Origin: Pelomyxa schiedti
Lineage: Eukaryota > Protista > Evosea
Direction: 5' to 3'
Assembly (NCBI GenBank): GCA_020536535.1
Contig: JAHLWZ010000990.1
Coordinates: 1 to 32,693, forward strand
DNA: 32,693 nucleotides
Shown: positions 1 to 9,350 of the stretch, piece after piece
Position numbering within the stretch: position 1 is the first letter of the stretch
Layout: the number at the start of each line of letters is the position of its first letter
Notes under the pieces: model-generated
What the model saw: only the letters and a program-made list of their open reading frames with translations
What the model was told of the DNA's origin: nothing
Database searches by the model: none
Program-made: the position numbers and the translations under genes

Positions 1-164
1 TAAAAATTTAGGTGAGGGCGAGCATCGCAGCGTGCAGGAAAGTTAAAAATTTAGGTGAGGGCGAGCATCGCAGCGTGCAGGAAAGTTAAAAATTTAGGTG
101 AGGGCGAGCATCGCAGCGTGCAGGAAAGTTAAAAATTTAGGTGAGGGCGAGCATCGCAGCGTGC
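1..164. repeat. 43-bp perfect tandem repeat (about 3.8 copies, truncated by the window start)
   Basis: Unit TAAAAATTTAGGTGAGGGCGAGCATCGCAGCGTGCAGGAAAGT occurs at 1-43, 44-86 and 87-129, plus 35 nt at 130-164. All copies are identical. Confidence 0.97.
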
Positions 165-2420
165 CATGTGAAACAAAGTGGGGAAACAGAAGACCCATTT
201 CAAAACAGGTTGAATGCTGAAAAGAAAAAAAAATCTGGGATTAGAGGTGAGGTACTATGGGGTGGCTACATTGAAGGGGAAACCTCAAGAGGCAAAGCAG
301 AGTAGACCCTTCTTCTGAGTGGCATTAGTATGCAGGACCAAATCTGTTTGAGTTTTTGGGTGATGATGGAAAGGGATAGGGGGGTGACAGGCTATCATGG
401 CAGGTCCAACTGTACCAGGTGAAATGAGGAGAAATAAGAAACATACCAGTGAGTGGCTGAGCTGTTGAAAGTTGGAGAACCCCAATGCCAACACTCCAAC
501 CCCAATGCCAACACTCCCATGAATGCAGAAAAGGACCTGTATAAACAATCAACTCAGCTAACTAATCCTGGGAGTGTTGACCCGTCCTGGTTGGAGCTAA
601 TCAACTTTGGAATCCAGGTGCACTCCCTGTCAGGGACACCACTCACAGCTTTGCCAGTGAATCATGATGTGTGATGTGTCCACAATGCACAACACCAAAA
701 AAAACAGGAAATAATGGGAGTGCTTCCAACCAATCTACCTATATTTCTATTCCCCTATTGTATTTTTCAGAGAAACTGGCCCAACCCCCATTGCAGCTGC
801 ACTTGCATTGCAGTGATCAGCACTTGTTGTGCTTTGGTGTTTTTGGAGGAATACCCTTTATGGTGGGTTTGGGGATCAAGATCCACCATTGGGTTTAGTG
901 GTTACATGAACAGGCTCCTTACTATAATAGTGGCTCCCATTGTGCTCCCATTGTCCTGGTTAAGTGTCCACAAGAACACCTTTGGAAGGTGAACTGCCAT
1001 CTCTGGGCCACAGGTAACCCTAATGGTTCCTGGTGGTCCCACATGTTCCCCTTTCACAAATGCTCATTGGGGTCCAGCATGTCCTGTGAGACAAAAAGAA
1101 AATATGTCAGGGACAAAAGTGCACAGATAGCAAAGCCACATACATTGAGAAACATGTTATCAGACACATGACTGCCCCATGAAGTCTGCACATTTGCCAA
1201 AAGCGTGAATCTCTCATACAGAAGGACTTGATTTTCAGGCAGTGGTGTCTGTTTAAAGTAGGTGCAATTGTTTGTTTCATCTGCCTTTAGTTCAGGGTTC
1301 TTTTTTTTGAAACTACATAGATGAAGCTGCACTGTTTCATTTGAGAGGAATTGTTGGTCTAAAGCACAATGAAAGTCTAGCCTTAGCCGCCTAAGTAACC
1401 TTTCACCCTTGTTTGGCAGGGGGTACCTTCATAAAGTGGAAATCACAATAAAAGGGCTGTGGGGTAGGAAAGGAGACAAACTCGTCTGCTGTTCTGGATA
1501 AGCAAGAGAGCATAAGCTGGGTGAGGTTGGGCAAGTCGTCCATATGGCATCCAAAGAAGGTGGCACTATAGTTTGGGTTAGGGCAGAATTCAGGTGGAAG
1601 GTAGAAGCAAGGTACTTACAGATGTAAAAAATTGTGGAAAAGCTTAATGGGGGAGTATGACTATCCTCATTTGAGCCAGTATTTCCCAATATTTATTCCC
1701 AAAGATTGAATTGGCAGGGTCTGAATTTTGAAAGACAAATGCAAGGCTATATTGGGTGTGACTATAGGAAGATGACAGTGTTTTAGAATGAAATAAATGT
1801 AAACGATACCAACCAGTTTATACCGGAACGATTCCAGTGGAAGACCACTGTCACGAAGAATAAAGGCATCAGGTCCGGATATAAACAAAGTAATGCTGTG
1901 ACATCTCCTGGATCTTTCTATATGGACAGAATCAATTGGTGTTGGAGAACACTCCTAAAGGCAGCCTTCACATCCAGCATCATGCTCTTTGGATCCGAAA
2001 ACACCACCATCATGATATGCAAAAGAACATGCTCAAGATCAGCATTCAAAGACTCCAGAATTTCTGTTCCAGATTGCACTTCTTTTTTTTTTTTTTTAAT
2101 AAGGAGTGATTGCTATAAACAAAAACAAGTAACATCAATACTGCAGGAATAGAATGTGTGAAGAAAAATTGTGCCCATAAGTATGTACACACCATTTCAC
2201 TGGATGTCCAAAAACGGCAACGCCTTGTAGACCCACTTTCCAGTCTTCCCTTGTCTTTGTAATTCGTCAATGAGCACAAGGGAAAGCATATTGTGACAAT
2301 CATCTTTATCACCTGTAAAAAGATCACTTATATTATAAATATATTGTTGGGTATTACCCCATGTTGACAAAATACTCTGCCTTGTTGGTTCCTCCAAGAT
2401 GGAAGTTGCCACATTCCTGC
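165..2420 (-). pseudogene. Decayed intron-containing coding sequence or transposon remnant, CpG-depleted
   Basis: The minus strand has protein-like fragments and intron-like segments broken by TGA/TAG stops and frameshifts (e.g. KHNKC*SLQCKCSC). I count only 2 CpG in 165-1380. No family recognised. Confidence 0.4.
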
Positions 2421-2421
2421 A

Positions 2422-3281
2422 TTACATTGTCTTCCAATAGATGGTATTTGCCTGAGGGCATAGCTTCATAAATGAAGGAATCGTTTTCGTTTGTTTTGGG
2501 ATATAGAACACTTCTAGGAGGTGATCAGAAGGCAGATCACCTTTGCCTTCAAGTGGAATCTTGATTGGGTCCACTGTATTATCGGTTCTCCAAGCGTCCA
2601 GTAGTCCAGTATACACTGTCCTTGCCATGACATTTTTGGGAAGGGTCTTTGGTCCTCCCTGTTTGAGTGAAAGATATGTCATATAGTGAACAAGACCAAG
2701 CAATAGTCGCATCTCGGGTGTAACAACAACAGTGCCACCAGGCTCTGGGGTGGGCCTTGTGGGTGTTGTGGGTGTTTTGAGGGTTTTGGGTGTTTTGGGC
2801 GAAATGGTTTGCGTATAGTAGGTGCTATTTCGGAACGACTTTGTACTATTCAGTGCAGTAAAGAGTAAATGTTGTGCCTGTGGCTCTGAACAACTCCTTA
2901 GACAATCAGGCTTAGGGGCCCGGGCAAAGCAATAACGGACAGAGGAGGCCAAGCCGTGGATCTCCTGGCGCGACAGCTCATCGGCGAGGCGGCGGGCTTC
3001 AGATGAAAGCCACTGCGCCATTTCGTCCCCTACAGGAACCAGTCTCAAAGGCAGCACGTAGGGTATCACTAAAACCAGAACTACGAAACGCGGAAGCCCA
3101 GTAGGTTTTTGCCGTCACCTCGGGGTTTGTGGCTGTGCCAGTGGCCGTCTTTGTGTACTGCCTGCTGGCTGATTCGGGTTCGCCACCATAAAAAGATGAG
3201 GCGGGGGGCACTGGAGCGACGTTGGGGATGACGTTCTTCTCGGATTTTTGGAAAAAGGAAGGTGGGACAGCTTCCATTCAC
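2422..3281 (-). CDS. Hypothetical protein (start and 3' exons uncertain; probably continues into the decayed region)
   Basis: 215-aa ORF at 2422-3069 with a Pro/Thr-rich linker. A plausible GTGACG...TTTTAG intron at about 3069-3118 joins it to the 3081-3281 frame. Confidence 0.4.
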
Positions 3282-3492
3282 AGAATACTGAATGTTCGGA
3301 ACTCCTCAGCCCCCAGCATAGACCCCTCTCCCACTGGAGCTCCACTTGTGAGAATGAACCGTAGAGAACCATACTCATAGAGTGTGACGCAGCCCTGAAC
3401 CAACAAGGAGTAAATTTTACCAGAACCTTATCACCCTTCTCTTCGAAGAGAACACAAGAATAGGGAAAAAGGGTAGCATTCCCACACTCTTG

Positions 3493-4789
3493 TCACAGAA
3501 TGGGAGGCAGGAGGGTTGGGGTGAAGGGAACGAGGCTTTCAGGGAGGGACTCACGTGCGAGGGTGTACATCTCAAAGAACCTCTTGAACGGGGGAAGCGC
3601 GCACGGGGCGGCTGCGGTGCCCAGGATGTTGGTGATGTAGTGCATGCCCGCACCGTTGAACAGCTCAGCGTAGTCAAAGCACCACTTGGTGAAGTGGAAC
3701 ACGTCGGCATGCGCGAGCCAAATGTTGTCAGGTTCGCACTTGCATCGAAACACGAAAGGGAACTTCTCCTCCGGAAGTGGATGGGCCCCAAGAATACTGC
3801 AAGTGGCGGTTGTTAGGCAAAAAGGTAGGGAATACAACGATCTCACTTTTCGATCACTTGTTGATCCCCACTCCAGGTATCCCTTGTTTCCGCAGATGTT
3901 ATCAGTGATGTGTATGTCTCTGTACTGGGGGTGATCACCATGAGCCCAGAGTTCACGTGTTCTGGATGTGGTTCGCACAACCAGCTGTCTGGCATTGTCG
4001 AGAAAGGTACCAAAACCTACAAGTTGTAAACGGAGGAGCAAGATGAAATAAAGTGGTTACATCCGTGAAAAGGTAGTCAATATTGTGCATAACAATAGTA
4101 TCGGCGTCCATGTAAACAAGCTTTGTGAGGTCTGTTTGCTTCCATATTTCCAACTTGTAAAGAGTTATTGCATTACTTAAGGAAATAAGTATCTCCACTT
4201 CTCGTCTTACCTTGCTCAGGGTGTCATTCCACCATACTCTGTAAGAAAAATTAGAAGACAAGCTTTTTACAGGACATACAAACTGGCTTGGCTTGAAGGC
4301 AGCTGGGTGGGGAGAATCTGGAATGCCTTTTACGTCAGGTCAGTACTGATATTGGAAATAAGGAACTGCTTGAACATACCACGAATATCTACACCAAGGG
4401 TGGAAAATATCTCTTTGAAGTAATCTGGAACTTTTGGGGTGCACAACATGCGCATATTCCTCGTGGTGTGTGCCATTTTGAGAGACATCACCAGTGCCAT
4501 GAATCCGCGAAGATGGTAATCATTGGTTGCCACAAATACATAGGCCTGAGATTGGAGAGAAGACTTCTCATTTGCTGATTTTATTTGGAGAGTTTCAAGG
4601 CCAGAGCCGTGGCGTGCTGCTAATATGTTACGCAAATACGAAAAAAAGAGCCGGTACACAACATGTTGCGTGCTCCACAAGGTAATATGTTGAAACGATA
4701 ATGACTAGACAAGCGCAGAAGATAGAGAACATCTGACAGATTTGCAAAGATCTTCCTTCGCCCCCGCGTTGCGTCCCGGTGCCGTACAT
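3493..4789 (-). CDS. Glycosyltransferase family 8 (glycogenin/GUX-like), type II membrane protein, multi-exon
   Basis: ATG at 4789 followed by an N-terminal TM segment (MFSIFCACLVIIVSTYYLV). Motifs AYVFVATNDYHLRG..LVMSLK, SKLEIWKQTDLTKLVYMDADTIVMHNIDYLF (DxD) and C-terminal VFHFTKW. GT-AG introns. Confidence 0.85.
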
Positions 4790-4946
4790 CCTCCTCTTGA
4801 AAAAAATACTAATTTGGATCTAGCTGCCTTCCGGTGTTTCGTTTTGGTTTCCCATTTTTTTCGCGGTTGAAGTACTTTGACATGTGTCAAACAGCTGAAC
4901 TTCTGTTTCCTCGCGCCATTCTGCAAAATTTAATAGCGATCTCGCA

Positions 4947-6238
4947 ATGGGGTGCTACGACCGGGGACCTCTGTGGGCCGGGTCGTACTGCTGTGCGCAG
5001 TGGTGCAATAAGGAGATCTTGGCGGAGTGGTGGGGGTCGATAGCCTGGATCGTCGTGTCGTCGTATGTCGGCGGCGGCATTAGGATGCTGCTGGAGGCCG
5101 CCGCGGAGGCGATTGTGACAAACGAAGGAGGGCAGTTCATTTGGTTTAAAGATGCGCTGCCGAACGTGGTCGGCTGTGCAATTATGGTACGGCGGTTTTT
5201 CTGCATGCACTATTTAGGTTGGTTAACCGCTGCCAGGGACTGGCTGTGGAACAGAAAGTTATTACATCGGGGACACCTATTTATGTTGGGATCACCACTG
5301 GCTTGTGCGGGAGCATAACAACCTTAAGTGGTTGGGCGAATACCGTAGCCCACGAGTTTGCTACCCCAGCTATCTCAAGCGGTGTAGTTTGCATTGTTTT
5401 CGGATGGTGCTCGTCCCTAGCGTTCTACAATTTAGGAAAGTAAGTAGGCCGTAGAAGCTTGCAAAGTCTCACTTTTATAGACACTTTGGAGGATTGCTGA
5501 AAGTGGAAGAACCACTGAACACGAACTTCCCAGCGATGGTGACCATCTCAGCCGCACTATCGACTCTTATGGTAGTCAGGTTAACGAAATCATGCAAGTT
5601 GTCTCAATATCAAATAGGTCTGGGGCAGTGTAGCTGTATCATGGTCCTTCAATCATTTCACACTGCGGTATTTCATTGCCCTGGCTTTATGCCCTTCCGG
5701 TTCATTGGTGCGGTGGTCTCTTTCGAAGTTAGCAAGCACGATTCTTTCTGTTGATACAAGAATGCCAATATGTGCAGCAACAATTGGAGAACCATCCTCC
5801 ACAAGTTCTGAGATTCGCATTGAGGTGAATGAGTGTGGTGACACTAGCGTGGCACCACGATCCCCTCCAGCACCGCGACCAAAGTCACAATTCTTACTGC
5901 CCCGCAAAATAATTAAGCTATGGAAAGACAGCAAATTTCCTCTTCAAACACTCATCGCCAACACCGTTTCCTGCTCAGTGTACTCTGGGCTGATTCACCA
6001 ACTCTCAGACGCACCCTCATACCTCATAAAAGGCACCTCCCCAGTGAAGGAAGACTTCATCTGGGGAACTGCCGTGGGTTTCTGTGGATGTTGCTCCACA
6101 GTCTCAACGCTGGTGCATGAAGTACTCAGCGTTCCCATGTCAGTACCAATTCTTTACACCTACACCACATCAACAGCAGCTCTGTCATTGGCTTTGCTGA
6201 CTCCTCTGTGGCACCACTTCCTCCATCAACCGAAATGA
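4947..6238 (+). CDS. FEX: Fluoride export protein (FEX, two fused CrcB/Fluc domains), multi-exon
   Basis: Domain 1: GGGIR, PNVVGCAIM/GL, YVGITTGLCGSITTLSGW. Domain 2: GSLVRWSLS, FPLQTLIAN, GTAVGFCGCCSTVSTLVHE. A 50-nt intron GTACGG...GCCAG restores the frame. Confidence 0.88.
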
Positions 6239-6326
6239 TTAATTTCGTTTTGCAAAGAAAATAACCTAAGCACAATGCACATTTGTTTATTTACATTTTA
6301 CACTTTCCTTGAAATGTTGTTCATTA

Positions 6327-7702
6327 TCAGTACTTGATTGTGAATGTGAACGGTTTGCAACCAGGCAAAGCCTACAATCCACCATTAATTGGTTTGTATT
6401 ATATTAATGGGCAGCTTTACCTGTCCCGCATTTATACACAGAGTTTGACTGTGGTCACTATGCACCACTTTTGTCATTCCAGTAAACCCATGGGAATGTC
6501 CAAAGACAAGAACCTGTTGGTGTGTTGGAGTTTTCGTTGTGAAGGGTAGAGTATGGTTTGTGTAGTACACACTTTTGGCTTGATGCGGTCTAATACATAG
6601 GCTCTGAGGCTTAAACTGCCCTCACCAGGTGCTTCGAGAATGCCATGAGGAGGGGCATGTGTCATAACAATGTGTGTATTCGGGGGAATTGCTGAATAGT
6701 GATGTTTAAGCCAATACGCACTCGTCCCAAACGCATCAGCTTGGTAGTAAATACTTCTTCCGAGGTGCCATGGAGTGCCCCATCTTATATTAAATGGTTA
6801 AAAGGAGTATGTGAGTGTCACAGAGTCACTTTACATGTTTATTCCAGATACACATTCACCGGTATCCTGCAGATAAGTTGCATTTGTAAAAAGTGCACTT
6901 GTTCGAGTAGGCAGTTTTCCCTTGAGGCAGTTCTCGTGGTTGCCACAAATTACAAACTTGCGCTTGTGGGGAAGTGTTCCAAGCCATGCATCAAACTGCT
7001 TCACATTCTGAATACTTATGTGGTGCCTGAATTTCAAGAAATCACCTTCCAGAAAAAGTTAGGAGCGAAAGTTTCATAGTAGTGAACAAAAGTGGTGAGT
7101 CTAAGTGCTTGATTCAACTGATACGTCTAACCCACACCACAGACAAGAAGCACGTCCCCAGGGGGAACAACGAGGCCGTCGTGATGCCAGTGAGTGTCAG
7201 AAATGCACACGAATTTCATCTCCCTCAAAGAAGCTCCCTCCCCAACGACGTCCTTGTCTAGACCTGCACTAGGTGATGGTTCTCCACCGCCGCCACAATC
7301 AATTGCACTTTTCATCACGAAACCCCCACTCCCTCCTTCTTTCTTTCTCTCCTTCTCAGCTTTCCCGTCAGAATCGACGTCCGCGTCACTGTCATCACTA
7401 GACTCCTCAGTCTTTCCCTTTTTCTTGCCCACAGACCCACTTTCATGTTTGCCTTTTCCTCTCCCATGAGTTGTTCTGTGCCCGCTCTTGGCGTCTGCAC
7501 TGCTACTGCTACTGCTGCTACTACTACGGCTGCGTAGGGTTTCTCGAGTTACTGGGGTGTGGGAGGTGCTGGTTGCCGACGAGGAGGCATTATGGGAGGC
7601 CACATCGAGTGTGACTACGGCGTGGTTTTCTCCCAACGACTCGATGTGCAACGGTTCGATGTGGATCGCATTTTCGTCCTCTTTGGAGCCACACAAGCCC
7701 AT
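6327..7702 (-). CDS. Metallophosphoesterase (MPPED1/2, 239FB-like) with acylated low-complexity N-terminal extension
   Basis: Motifs KFVCISDTH, GD, FVICGNHE, VMTHAPPHG and FGHSH across exons. N-terminus MGLCGS is a myristoylation/palmitoylation-type motif. Spliced end ...CKPFTFTIKY*. Confidence 0.88.
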
Positions 7703-7929
7703 AACTTATTTGAAATTGTTTGTTTCTTGGAAGTAGATCAAGATCAAGCTCATATCAAATCTTCCAATGCTTACAGTCACTGGGGTAATTTTATTACTCA
7801 CGAACCACAGTAGTCGTCATCGTTTTTGTTTTTTTATTTCAAGAACAAATAATTCCCATGACGATTTTTGCGTAAAAAAAGTGACACATGGAGTAGGACA
7901 TAGTAAGTATTTTATTGCAGCGGGAGAAC

Positions 7930-8988
7930 ATGCTTTCTAGGCTACCGTGGAAGAAGGACGTGAGGGAGGAGGGTCCGTCGTACGCAGAGATACCAACGCC
8001 GCACATGCTTGAGGAGTATGTGGCATTGGTGGATGACACAGTAAACTGGACCAGGGACTCGTTGGAGAGGAAGGACTGGCAGAGCGTGGATTACGATGAC
8101 AAGAGGGTTGCTGTGTTCACTGCCGTGGGTGAGCCAAGTCCTAGTGGGCCTTGGGATGTGCGCGTGAAGTTGGGCGGGAATGTCGTGAGCGTAATGTCTG
8201 TAACCACTCTGCCTGTTCCGGCTGCTGTTGCATACGAGAAGATGGATGACATCAGCTTCCAGACAAGAAAGAATTTCGAGGACGATCTCATATCCGCTGA
8301 AGTTGTTGCTCAAGTTGGTAATGACCTTACCGTACATACTTCCAAGTACAAGGCGCCTTTCTTCTTGTCAAAGCGTGAATTTGTGGTGCTCTACGGCAAG
8401 AGAGGTTAGTATTATATTATTTAAGTACACAATTGTCTAGTAATTAATTACATCGTTAAATACACAACAGTCTTGCAATTGCTGACTTCTATTTAACTAG
8501 AGGTGGAAGGAACCTTCTATCTCGTGCACACTTCAATAAACTATGCTGGAGCCAGGCACGACCCATCATGTACACGAGGAGTTACAAGGGTAGGGCACAC
8601 TATCACGCCATCCGTCAACAATCCCAGTCAAGAGTGCGTAATTCGCCGCATTGTGCAGCTGGATCCCAAGGGGGCTGTTCCTTCGTCAGCAGTGATGCTC
8701 AAGCAAAAAGACGACGCCAAGAGGATGACAAAGATCAAGGACGCGTTTGATCAAGGGCTCAGGGAGTACCAAGAAGCTCAGCAGCTCAACAGCGCGACGA
8801 CTAGCGCGATGGGGACCGCACAACAAAGGCATGACGCCGACGCTGGGGCGCAAGTCTGGGCTGACGTAGATGGTGGATCTGTGGTGGTGTGTTCTTCTGC
8901 CGCTTCGGGAGATCGCACGACTGCACGTGACTTGCATGGAGGTGGCTCCCAATCCCAATCCCAACCCCAATCCACAAAGGAAGACTGA
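7930..8988 (+). CDS. START (StAR-related lipid transfer) domain protein, 2 exons
   Basis: YKAPFFLSKREFV, TSINY, CTRG and QLDPKGAVPS motifs typical of START domains. Intron at about 8405-8500. Confidence 0.8.
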
Positions 8989-9350
8989 ACTGAACCCCAT
9001 CATCAAACACCGCTACGGCAGCTCATTTGCTTCTGGTTTTTGAATGGATCTTTTTATTTCTACTCCTCTTGTGACACCTCAAGCAGCAGGGAACTGCGTT
9101 TCTTGTTGTTTGTTTCGAGATTTCCCGAATTGATTGATTTTTTCGTTGACGTTGACAATGTACAAATGAAGAACAAAGGAAGCTCTGAGACCTGGTCCTG
9201 GTCCTTGGACACACCAATCAGCAGGGAACTGCTGCCAAATGGAACACGAACAAGAGAAGGAGTTAGTTGGTGAGTTCTAGTTCTGTCCAGATCGACGAAA
9301 AACCCAAAAGAGCTTAGGCACACGCCGATACATCCATCCGTGAGAGTGTG

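Noticed and set aside
1-164. CRISPR array or canonical telomere
   Set aside because: There are no spacers between repeats, and the G-rich strand orientation is wrong for a left chromosome end.
379-391. 13-nt match (GGGGGGTGACAGG) between the decayed region and the variable arm of RNA copy A, as a possible guide-target pair
   Set aside because: The match is short, nearly half G homopolymer, and does not extend, so it is compatible with chance.
3120-3281. CG-1 (CAMTA) domain resemblance (NGS..FLF..KDGH W)
   Set aside because: Only a few residues match, the spacing is wrong and the downstream CG-1 motifs are absent.
5187-5240. Frameshift or non-canonical splice site in FEX exon 1/2
   Set aside because: A canonical 50-nt GT-AG intron using the distal CAG restores AIM/GLAVEQ in frame.
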